Shown in pieces: positions 29,619 to 40,118 of a stretch of 41,780 bases of DNA. The DNA is from an uncultured Actinomyces sp. (GTDB lineage Bacteria; Actinomycetota; Actinomycetes; S36-B12), in contig CAZLMT010000004.1 in assembly GCA_964560615.1 (NCBI GenBank), positions 4,673 through 46,452 on the forward strand, in the 5' to 3' direction. Under the pieces are notes generated by a model that made no database searches, was not told the DNA's origin, and saw only the letters and a program-made list of their open reading frames with translations. Both the position numbers and the translations under genes were made by a program. Within the stretch, counting starts at the first letter, position 1. The number at the start of each line of letters is the position of its first letter.

Positions 29619-29645
29619 CTGGCACTCACACCCGGAGACTGCTAG
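29619..29645 (+). promoter_or_regulatory. CIRCE operator 2 (degenerate)
   Basis: CTGGCACTC-N9-GACTGCTAG; each arm matches the consensus 7/9, with exact 9-nt spacing. Confidence 0.65.
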
Positions 29646-29729
29646 GCCGGGGAAGTGCCACCGGGTCGAACCGGCACCGCGACGACGGGGCGACCATCAG
29701 ACAACCAACTCAACCCGGAGGACATCACC

Positions 29730-30029
29730 GTGTCGGTCTCCATCAAGCCGCTCGAGGATCGCATCCTCGTCCAGACTCTCGACGCCGAGCAGACGACCGC
29801 TTCCGGTCTCGTCATCCCTGACACCGCAAAGGAGAAGCCCCAGGAGGGCAAGGTCCTTGCGGTGGGTCCGGGTCGCTTCGACGAGGACGGCGACAAGCGC
29901 ATCCCGCTCGACATCAAGGTCGGCGACGTCGTCATCTACTCGAAGTACGGCGGCACCGAGGTCAAGTACAACAACGAGGAGTACCTCATCCTCTCGGCCC
30001 GCGACGTTCTCGCGGTCGTGGAGCAGTAG
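29730..30029 (+). CDS. groES: Co-chaperonin GroES
   Basis: GTG 29730 is preceded by GGAGGA at 29717-29722. The product is [48 protein letters not shown]..., 99 aa. The track start at 29655 is upstream of the SD sequence and overlaps the CIRCE leader. Confidence 0.95.
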   Translation: MSVSIKPLEDRILVQTLDAEQTTASGLVIPDTAKEKPQEGKVLAVGPGRFDEDGDKRIPLDIKVGDVVIYSKYGGTEVKYNNEEYLILSARDVLAVVEQ

Positions 30030-30038
30030 GACTTCAGC

Positions 30039-30110
30039 CCGGCGAGTCGGCAGAGCCGCCTCTGTCGGGCACACCCGGCGAGTCGGCAGAGCCGCCTCTG
30101 TCGGGCACAC
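30039..30110 (+). repeat. Perfect tandem duplication of a 36-nt unit (CCGGCGAGTCGGCAGAGCCGCCTCTGTCGGGCACAC x2), each unit able to fold into a hairpin
   Basis: Read directly: 30039-30074 is identical to 30075-30110. Within each unit UCGGCAGAG-ccgc-CUCUGUCGG pairs as 9 bp including two G-U pairs. Confidence 0.95.
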
Positions 30111-30115
30111 CCTGA

Positions 30116-31834
<1,719 letters not shown>

Positions 31835-31888
31835 GCAGCGCTCCGGCCCTCGCAGACATTGCTGGGGGCCCAGTTGTCTTGCAACATC

Positions 31889-31923
31889 AAAAAGCCCCAC
31901 CCGGATCGCGGGTGGGGCTTTTT
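31889..31923. terminator. Bidirectional intrinsic terminator between convergent groEL and whiB3
   Basis: AAAAAGCCCCACCCG-gatcg-CGGGTGGGGCTTTTT. The core stem is 10 bp (GCCCCACCCG/CGGGTGGGGC). It is flanked by an A5 run upstream and a T5 run downstream, which are complementary, so the element works on either strand. Confidence 0.8.
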
Positions 31924-31931
31924 GCGCCTGG

Positions 31932-32231
31932 TCAGACGGCGGTCGCGAGGCGACGGCGCTGCTGCTGGTAGACCGTCTCGCGGTCGTCTTCGCTCATGCC
32001 GCCCCACACTCCGTAGGGCTCGCGCACGGCGAGGGCGTGGGCCGCGCACTGGGCCAGCACGGGGCAGGCGGCGCACACGGCCTTGGCGGCGCGCTCGCGC
32101 GCCTCGCGGGCGGGGCCTCGCTCGCCCTCGGGATGGAAGAAGGTGTCGGGGTCTTCGCCGCGGCAGGCCCCGCTCAGCTGCCAGTCCCAGATGTCCGCAT
32201 TGGGCCCGGGGAGCCGGGATATATCCGCCAT
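31932..32231 (-). CDS. whiB3: WhiB-family Fe-S transcriptional regulator, WhiB3/WhiD-like
   Basis: 99-aa ORF: MADISRLPGPNADIWDWQLSGACRGEDPDTFFHPEGERG...AKAVCAACPVLAQCAAHALAVREPYGVWGGMSEDDR. It has four Cys including CxxC-x5-C and the GVWGG turn. It resembles M. tuberculosis WhiB3 as I recall it, and has the same neighbourhood next to groEL1. Confidence 0.92.
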   Translation of the reverse strand: MADISRLPGPNADIWDWQLSGACRGEDPDTFFHPEGERGPAREARERAAKAVCAACPVLAQCAAHALAVREPYGVWGGMSEDDRETVYQQQRRRLATAV

Positions 32232-32308
32232 CTCACTTGCCTCCTGCCCTTGGGGTGATTCCCTGACCTTAGCAATCGCGCCGTAAGTTGGTCAAGAGGC
32301 CAAGATGA

Positions 32309-33346
32309 ATGATTTCTGCCCCGGTCTCGGCCTCAGGATGCGCCCTGCTCTCCAGGGCGGAGAATGGTGCCATGTCCACGAGCCCTAGCGAGTCGCTCAT
32401 GGCGGCCGCTGGCCTCGAGCCTGACCCTGGGCCCGGCCTGACCGTGGCCGCCGTGGCGCGACGCCTCGGGGTTGCCCCCGCCACGCTGCGCACCTGGGAC
32501 CGTCGCTACGGCCTGGGCCCCAGCCAGCATGCCGCGGGTGCCCATCGCCGCTACTCACCCGCCGATGTCGCGCGACTCGAACGCATGCGTCGCCTCGTCC
32601 TCTCGGGAGTGCCTCCGGCGGAGGCTGCCCGTGTTGCACAGGTCGAAGACTCCGCGGGCGAGGGCGTGATCGATGGCAGCCCCGCACTCATCGACGCGGC
32701 CGCACGGCAGGGGGGTGGACACGTTGTCGCCATCCCCGGTGGCACACCCAATGCCCGCGGGTTGGCGCGTGCCGCGATTGCGCTCGACGCTGACGCGTGC
32801 CGGGCGATCGTGGGCGAGACGCTTGATCGACGTGGTGTGGTGTGGACCTGGGATCACCTCGTGGTCCCGGTGCTTATCGGCATCGGTCAGAAGTGGGAGC
32901 AGTCCGGCACCGGCATCGACGTCGAGCACGTGCTCTCCGAAGCGATTCAGGCGGAGTTCAGCGAGCGCGTGAGCCGGGCGCCAGCCACCTCACCGGCCAC
33001 CGTGCTCCTGGCAGCCGCCCCTGGTGAGTTCCACGTCCTTCCCATGTGGGCGCTTGCCGCCGGCCTGGCCGAACGTCACGTGGCAATGCGCATGATGGGC
33101 GCGCGCACGCCCACCGAGGCAGTTGGACAGGCGATGCGTCGCACGGGCCCGGGCGCGGTGCTGGTCTGGTCGCAGACGCGCGAGACCGGCGATCCCTCCC
33201 CCCTCGCGTGCCTGCCCGAGCTGCGGCCTGAGCCGCTGATCCTGCTCGGAGGCCCGGGCTGGTGGCCTGTCGAGCCACCTCGTGGTGAGCGTGTGTCGGA
33301 TCTCTCTGAGGCCATCACATTGCTCGCACGCGCCGTCGGTGCGTGA
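32309..33346 (+). CDS. MerR-family transcriptional regulator with a CarH/LitR-like cobalamin-binding domain
   Basis: HTH: LTVAAVARRLGVAPATLRTWDRRYGL...RRYSPADVARLERMRRL. It carries W-x9-EH (WEQSGTGIDVEH), an E-x-H 35 residues later, and then S-x-T and GG at canonical B12-Rossmann spacing. The start is uncertain between ATG 32309 and ATG 32372. Confidence 0.8.
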   Translation: MISAPVSASGCALLSRAENGAMSTSPSESLMAAAGLEPDPGPGLTVAAVARRLGVAPATLRTWDRRYGLGPSQHAAGAHRRYSPADVARLERMRRLVLSGVPPAEAARVAQVEDSAGEGVIDGSPALIDAAARQGGGHVVAIPGGTPNARGLARAAIALDADACRAIVGETLDRRGVVWTWDHLVVPVLIGIGQKWEQSGTGIDVEHVLSEAIQAEFSERVSRAPATSPATVLLAAAPGEFHVLPMWALAAGLAERHVAMRMMGARTPTEAVGQAMRRTGPGAVLVWSQTRETGDPSPLACLPELRPEPLILLGGPGWWPVEPPRGERVSDLSEAITLLARAVGA

Positions 33347-34134
33347 TCGTGCGGGCTCAACCCGCCACCTGGCAACACGCGGTTCAACTCGGCGCCCAGG
33401 GCCTTTACGCCGCTGCGGATGACACTCTCGCGACGCTGAGTCAGCCTGGTGGCACATGGATCTCTCTCGCCCTGTCGACATGCGCGAGCCACCGACGTCA
33501 GATCGGCGCGACTGCCGAGGCCGCGCGACTCGATGGCGAAGCGCTCAGGTGCGCCACGGACTCGGAGTCGATCGCGGATGCGCTCGTGGGGCTGGCGGCC
33601 GACGCCATCGCGTCCGGAGATGCCGAGCAGGCGGGGGCCTGGCATGCCGATGCGTCACAGCCTGCAGAGACCGGCTGGCGCACCCTCACGCGATGGCATT
33701 GGGTGGGCGCCGAACGCGCGCTACTCGTCGGCGATCAGGTCGCCGCGACCGAGCATGCGCGAGTGGCGCTGGAGGTCTGCACGGGCCAGTCCGCGCGACA
33801 CGAGGCCAAGTCCCGGATCATCTCCGCCGCCGTGACGGGTCGGATCGAGGATCTGCCGGCCGTGAGCCCCTTGCTGCGTGCTGAGGGATGGGTAACGCTC
33901 GAGTGGCCGCTCGCCTTGGTCGCCGCCGACCACCCCCAGGCGGCCCGGCCCGGCGGGTCGGCCAAGCCGCCCCTGTCGGGCTACGCCGCCTGGCTGGCCG
34001 CATCCTGGGCCACCGGCCGGGCAGCGACGTACTCGATCGAGGAATCCCTGCCCGCGGCCCTGCGACCCACCTGGCTCCACCATCCGGGTGTTCGACGACT
34101 GCGCTCGGAGCGGCCTCCTGCGGGGGGCGAGTAG
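33343..34134 (+). CDS. Hypothetical Ala/Trp-rich protein, translationally coupled to the MerR/B12 regulator
   Basis: 263-aa ORF whose GTG start overlaps the upstream stop (GTGA). The third-position GC bias is consistent with coding. I recognise no motif. Competing ORFs in other frames are shorter. Confidence 0.55.
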   Translation: MIVRAQPATWQHAVQLGAQGLYAAADDTLATLSQPGGTWISLALSTCASHRRQIGATAEAARLDGEALRCATDSESIADALVGLAADAIASGDAEQAGAWHADASQPAETGWRTLTRWHWVGAERALLVGDQVAATEHARVALEVCTGQSARHEAKSRIISAAVTGRIEDLPAVSPLLRAEGWVTLEWPLALVAADHPQAARPGGSAKPPLSGYAAWLAASWATGRAATYSIEESLPAALRPTWLHHPGVRRLRSERPPAGGE

Positions 34135-35643
<1,509 letters not shown>

Positions 35644-35650
35644 GACTGAC

Positions 35651-36766
35651 GTGGCAGACATCGAGATCGGCCGAGGCAAGCGCGGCCGAGTGGCCTACTC
35701 CCTTGACGAGGTCGCCATCGCCCCGAGTCGGCGTACCCGCGACGCGGACGACGTGTCGACCGCGTGGCAGATCGACGCCTATCGCTTCGATGCACCCGTG
35801 ATGGCGGCTCCGATGGACTCGGTCGTCTCGCCGGAGAGCGCGATCGAGCTCGGTCGCCTCGGTGTCCCCGCGGCCCTCAACCTCGAGGGCCTGTGGACTC
35901 GTTACGCCGATCCGGCACCGCAGTTCGAGCAGATTCGGCAGGCGCCCGCCCACGAGGCGACGGCGCTGCTCCAGCGCATCTATGCCGCCGCGGATGTGGA
36001 TGAGGGGCTCGTCTCCGAGCGCCTTCGGCAGATCCGCGATGCCGGCGTGACCGTCGTCGCGGGGGTCTCGCCCCAGGCGGCGGGGCGCCTGGCCCCAGTG
36101 GCGGTGGCCGCCGGCATCGATCTTCTCGTGATCCGCGGCACGACGGTGTCGGCCGAGCACGTGGCGACGGGCCATGCACCCCTCAACCTCAAGACCTTCA
36201 TCTACGACCTGGAAGTCCCCGTCATCGTCGGGGGCTGCGCGACCTATCAGGCAGCACTGCACCTGATGCGCACCGGAGCCGCCGGTGTCCTCGTCGGTTT
36301 CGGTGGCGGTGCGGCCCACACCACATCCGACGTCCTGGGTATCCGTGTCCCGATGGCGAGCGCGATCGCGGATGTCGCGGCGGCGCGACGCGACTACCTC
36401 GACGAGTCCGGTGGCCGCTACGTCCATGTCATCGCCGACGGCTCGGTGGGATCCTCAGGGGCGCTCGTCAAGGCGATTGCCTGCGGTGCGGATGCGGCCA
36501 TGGTGGGTTCCCTGCTGGCCCGGGCGAGCGATGCACCCGGTGGTGGCGTCCACTGGGGCGCCGAGGCCTGGCATGCGCACCTGCCTCGTGGAGAGCGCAA
36601 GGAGCTCGGTGTCGTCGGCACGCTGGAGCAGATCCTGCGTGGGCCATCCACCCACGCCGATGGCTCTGCCAACATCATCGGCGCACTGCGCAAGGCCATG
36701 GCGACGACCGGATACAGCGATCTCAAGGAGTTCCAGCGCATCGACGTCGTCCTCGACCCTGAGTGA
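35651..36766 (+). CDS. guaB3: GuaB3-type IMP dehydrogenase-related protein (no CBS insert)
   Basis: 371-aa ORF with a GTG start, containing ...VAIAPSRRTRD...MAAPMDSVVSPE...ADGSVGSSGALVKAIACGADAAMVGS.... Conserved position directly after guaB. Confidence 0.9.
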   Translation: MADIEIGRGKRGRVAYSLDEVAIAPSRRTRDADDVSTAWQIDAYRFDAPVMAAPMDSVVSPESAIELGRLGVPAALNLEGLWTRYADPAPQFEQIRQAPAHEATALLQRIYAAADVDEGLVSERLRQIRDAGVTVVAGVSPQAAGRLAPVAVAAGIDLLVIRGTTVSAEHVATGHAPLNLKTFIYDLEVPVIVGGCATYQAALHLMRTGAAGVLVGFGGGAAHTTSDVLGIRVPMASAIADVAAARRDYLDESGGRYVHVIADGSVGSSGALVKAIACGADAAMVGSLLARASDAPGGGVHWGAEAWHAHLPRGERKELGVVGTLEQILRGPSTHADGSANIIGALRKAMATTGYSDLKEFQRIDVVLDPE

Positions 36767-36771
36767 CCTCT

Positions 36772-36829
36772 CGAGTGTGCAGTAGCGTGCAGGAGTCCGA
36801 GTCGCATCGTGCTCGCATCTGCACACTCG
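36772..36829. other. 11-bp perfect inverted repeat (CGAGTGTGCAG ... CTGCACACTCG) separated by 36 nt in the guaB3-glpD spacer
   Basis: Read directly: 36772-36782 is the reverse complement of 36819-36829. Confidence 0.6.
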
Positions 36830-36866
36830 TCAAGACACGTGCGCGACGGGGGAGGAGAATGATCAC

Positions 36867-38519
36867 GTGAACGACGTCGATGATCGTCTCGGCACCGCTT
36901 CGCGCGCCCGCTCGATTCACTACCTGCGTGACCACGACGTCGATGTGGTCGTCATCGGAGGCGGGGTCGTGGGATGTGGAGCGGCTCTCGACGCGGCCGC
37001 TCGGGGTCTCTCCGTCGCCCTGGTGGAGCAGAGCGATCTCGCCGCAGGCACTTCCTCGCGATCCTCTCGCCTCGCCCACGGCGGTCTGCGTTACCTCGAG
37101 CAGCGGGAGTTCTCCCTCGTCCATGAGGCCCTTACCGAGCGCGGGCTGCTCCTCGACCGACTCGCACCCCACCTGGTGCGCCCCATTCCCTTCCTCTTCC
37201 CCGTCGGCAAGAAATGGGAGCGGCCCTACGTCGCCTCCGGGGTGCGCCTCTATGACGCCCTCAGCCGCATCGGCAGCTACGGCGGCACGATGCCGAGACC
37301 CAAGAGCCTCAACGTCGACGAGGCCAAGGAGCTCGCCCCGGATCTGGACGCAGGGGAGATCGCTGGTGCCGTGCGCTTCCATGACGCGCAGATCGACGAT
37401 GCCCGGCACACGGTGGCCGTGGCGCGCACGGCAGCCGGGCACGGTGCCCATGTGCTGACGCGCACCCGGGTCACGGACCTGCTCCGAGACGGTGATCGCG
37501 TGACGGGCGTCCGCGTGGAGGATGAGCTCACCGGCGCTCACTTCGACATCCGTGCCCGCATCGTCATCGCGGCGGTCGGCATCTGGACCGATGAGATCCT
37601 GCGGCTCGTCGATGCTGAGGCACCAGAGCGCGTCCAGCAGAGCAAGGGAGTGCATCTGGTCGTGCGTGGCGAGGCCATCCGGTCGACCACGGCGATCATT
37701 GCCCGGACCCCTGCGAGCGTGCTCTTCCTGCTGCCCTGGGGTGGCGACTGGATCGTCGGCACGACCGACACCGAGCGCAATGCCGATGAGAGCCTCGCCG
37801 ATCCTGAGGCGACGGAGGACGAGATCGCCTACCTCCTCGGCCAGGCCAATCGCTGGCTCGCGCGGCCGCTGCGACGCGAAGACGTCATCGGCACCTACGC
37901 CGGCTACCGTCCCCTGGTGGCCGAGGAGTCTGCCGAGGCGACCACGCAGGTCTCGCGCGAGCACATGGTCTTCCATCCGGTGCCGGGGCTTGTCGCTATC
38001 GCCGGAGGCAAGTACACGACGTACCGCGTCATGGCCGCGGATGCGGTCGACGCCGCCGTGGCCGATCTCGACGAGGACTCCATCCCCGCGTCTTCGACCG
38101 CCGACATTCCCCTCGTCGGTGCCGTGGGATTCACAGACCTGTGGGCTGATCGGGCGAGCCTTGCGGAGCGATGGGATCTGCCCGTCGAGACGGTGGAGCG
38201 CCTCCTGCGACGACATGGCTCGCGCGTGAGCGAGGTCTTCGATGTTCTCGACATCGATCCGAGCCTCCGCACGCCGCTCCCGCCCGAGGGCCGGCACCTG
38301 GCGGCCGAGGCCGTGGTGGCGGTGACCTCCCAGGGCGCCCTAGACCTTGAGGATGTCCTCGTGCGGCGGCTGCGGATCACGCCGGAGTCGCCCGACCACG
38401 GTCGTGCTGCGGCCACAGCCGTCGCGCCCCTGATCGCCCCCCTGCTGGGCTGGGACGAGGCACGCGTGGCCGCAGAGATCGCGGCGTACGCCGACCGCCA
38501 CCCCCTCGTTCGCGCGTAG
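36867..38519 (+). CDS. glpD: FAD-dependent glycerol-3-phosphate dehydrogenase
   Basis: 550-aa ORF whose GTG start is preceded by GGGAGGAG. Contains DVDVVVIGGGVVGCGAALDAAARGLSVALVEQSDLAAGTSSRSSRLAHGGLRYLEQ.... Confidence 0.92.
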   Translation: MNDVDDRLGTASRARSIHYLRDHDVDVVVIGGGVVGCGAALDAAARGLSVALVEQSDLAAGTSSRSSRLAHGGLRYLEQREFSLVHEALTERGLLLDRLAPHLVRPIPFLFPVGKKWERPYVASGVRLYDALSRIGSYGGTMPRPKSLNVDEAKELAPDLDAGEIAGAVRFHDAQIDDARHTVAVARTAAGHGAHVLTRTRVTDLLRDGDRVTGVRVEDELTGAHFDIRARIVIAAVGIWTDEILRLVDAEAPERVQQSKGVHLVVRGEAIRSTTAIIARTPASVLFLLPWGGDWIVGTTDTERNADESLADPEATEDEIAYLLGQANRWLARPLRREDVIGTYAGYRPLVAEESAEATTQVSREHMVFHPVPGLVAIAGGKYTTYRVMAADAVDAAVADLDEDSIPASSTADIPLVGAVGFTDLWADRASLAERWDLPVETVERLLRRHGSRVSEVFDVLDIDPSLRTPLPPEGRHLAAEAVVAVTSQGALDLEDVLVRRLRITPESPDHGRAAATAVAPLIAPLLGWDEARVAAEIAAYADRHPLVRA

Positions 38520-38528
38520 TCTGGCCGC

Positions 38529-40076
38529 ATGGCCATCCTGTCGGCGCCGCCCGCAGCCGCGTCCCTCGTATCCCGTCTCGCTGTCGCGCCCGATGCTGAG
38601 ACGCGCGACGTCAGCGCGCCCTTCACCGGCGACCTGCTTTACCGCCTGCCCCTTGCCACTGAGTACGACGTGCAGAGTGCGGCAGCGCGGGCGCGCTCCG
38701 TGCAGCGTGAATGGGCGGAGCGTCCCGTGCGCGATCGCGTGCGCATCATGCGGCGTTTCCATGATCTGGTCATCGCAAAGCGCGATGAGGCACTCGACCT
38801 GCTGCAGTGGGAAGTGGGCAAGTCGCGGGCTGATGCACTCGAGGAGGTCCTCGACGTCGCCGTCGTGACCCAGTACTACACGCGCCATGCCGCCAAGCTC
38901 CTGCGCACGCGTCGTGTGCGCGGAGCTCTGCCCGTGCTGGTGGGGGTCGAGGAACTCCGCAAGCCTGTCGGTCTCGTCGGCATCATCGCGCCGTGGAACT
39001 ACCCGCTCACTCTTGCCGCGAGCGACGCGGTGCCCGCGCTCCTCGCGGGCAACGGCGTGCTGCTGAAGCCTGATCCCCAGACGACCCTCGTCGCCGCGTG
39101 GGTGCTGGAGCAGTTCCTCCTTGCGGGCCTGCCCGACGGGCTCATGGCCATCGTGCCGGGCGAAGGTCCCGTGGCCGGCCCCCTCGTCATCGATGCCTCA
39201 GACCATGTGATGTTCACGGGCTCCACCGCCACGGGCCGCATCGTGGCCGAGAGGTGTGCGAAGCGCCTCGTCGAGTGCACCCTCGAGCTCGGCGGCAAGA
39301 ACGCCATGATCGTGCGTGCCGACGTCGACCCAGCCAAGGCTGCCGAGACAGCGGTGCGCGCCTGCTTCGCCAACGCAGGGCAGCTGTGCATCTCGATGGA
39401 GCGCATCTACGTCCACGTCGACGTCTACGACGCCTTCCTTGCGCACTTCATCCCGCGCGTCCTCTCGATGCGGATCGCCTCCGGGCCCGGATGGGAGGGT
39501 GACATCGGCTGCCTCATCTCGCCCGTGCACCTCGAGCGGGTCAAGGCCCACGTCGATGAAGCTGTTGCGCTAGGGGCCACGGTCCTCGCCGGCGGCAGGG
39601 CTCGGCCCGATATCGGTCCGCTGGCCTTCGAGCCGACGGTGCTCGCCGACGTGACGGAGTCCATGACGCTGTGCCGCGAGGAGACCTTCGGTCCTGTCGC
39701 GGCCGTCTACCCGGTGCACGACGACGAGGAGGCGGTGCGCCGGGCCAATGACACGACGTACGGACTCAATGCCTCGATCCTCACGCGCGACCTGCGCGCC
39801 GGCCGGCGCCTGGCTCGGCGACTGCGGACGGGTTCGGTCAACGTCAATGAGGGGTATGCCGCCTCGTGGGGTTCCACCGCTGCCGCCATGGGGGGCGTGG
39901 GCGACTCGGGCTTGGGTCACCGCCACGGCGAGGGTGGCCTGCTCAACTACACCGAGCCCCAGGCCATCGCCACACAGCGACTTCTCGGCTTCGGCCCCCA
40001 GTTGGGCCTGGACGCGCAACGATGGGGCCAGTTCCTCGCCACGGCGGTGGGCACGATGGGACGACTGCGGCTCTAG
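38529..40076 (+). CDS. gabD2: NAD(P)+-dependent aldehyde dehydrogenase, GabD2-like succinate-semialdehyde dehydrogenase
   Basis: 515-aa ORF containing ...IAPWNYPLTL...ELGGKNAMIV...FANAGQLCISMERIYV (catalytic Cys)...EETFGPV.... It shows strong collinear resemblance to M. tuberculosis GabD2 as I recall it. Confidence 0.85.
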   Translation: MAILSAPPAAASLVSRLAVAPDAETRDVSAPFTGDLLYRLPLATEYDVQSAAARARSVQREWAERPVRDRVRIMRRFHDLVIAKRDEALDLLQWEVGKSRADALEEVLDVAVVTQYYTRHAAKLLRTRRVRGALPVLVGVEELRKPVGLVGIIAPWNYPLTLAASDAVPALLAGNGVLLKPDPQTTLVAAWVLEQFLLAGLPDGLMAIVPGEGPVAGPLVIDASDHVMFTGSTATGRIVAERCAKRLVECTLELGGKNAMIVRADVDPAKAAETAVRACFANAGQLCISMERIYVHVDVYDAFLAHFIPRVLSMRIASGPGWEGDIGCLISPVHLERVKAHVDEAVALGATVLAGGRARPDIGPLAFEPTVLADVTESMTLCREETFGPVAAVYPVHDDEEAVRRANDTTYGLNASILTRDLRAGRRLARRLRTGSVNVNEGYAASWGSTAAAMGGVGDSGLGHRHGEGGLLNYTEPQAIATQRLLGFGPQLGLDAQRWGQFLATAVGTMGRLRL

Positions 40077-40118
40077 TCTTCAGGCAAGGCAGGCTGAACT
40101 CGGATCACAGGGAGGCTG

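Noticed and set aside
29655-29729. The track start for groES at 29655, which gives a 124-aa protein.
   Set aside because: The extra 25 aa ([25 protein letters not shown]) precede the GGAGGA SD sequence and lie in the CIRCE-controlled leader. GTG 29730 gives the canonical 99-aa GroES.
30039-30110. Could the 36-nt direct repeat be a minimal CRISPR array?
   Set aside because: There are only two immediately adjacent copies with no spacer between them, no cas genes are nearby, and it lies inside an operon spacer. It is a tandem duplication, not CRISPR.
32232-32308. Attempted promoter calls for the divergent whiB3 and MerR genes (for example TAAGTT at 32284-32289 as a -10).
   Set aside because: There is no acceptable -35 at 16-19 nt spacing, so the pattern is too weak to report as a feature.
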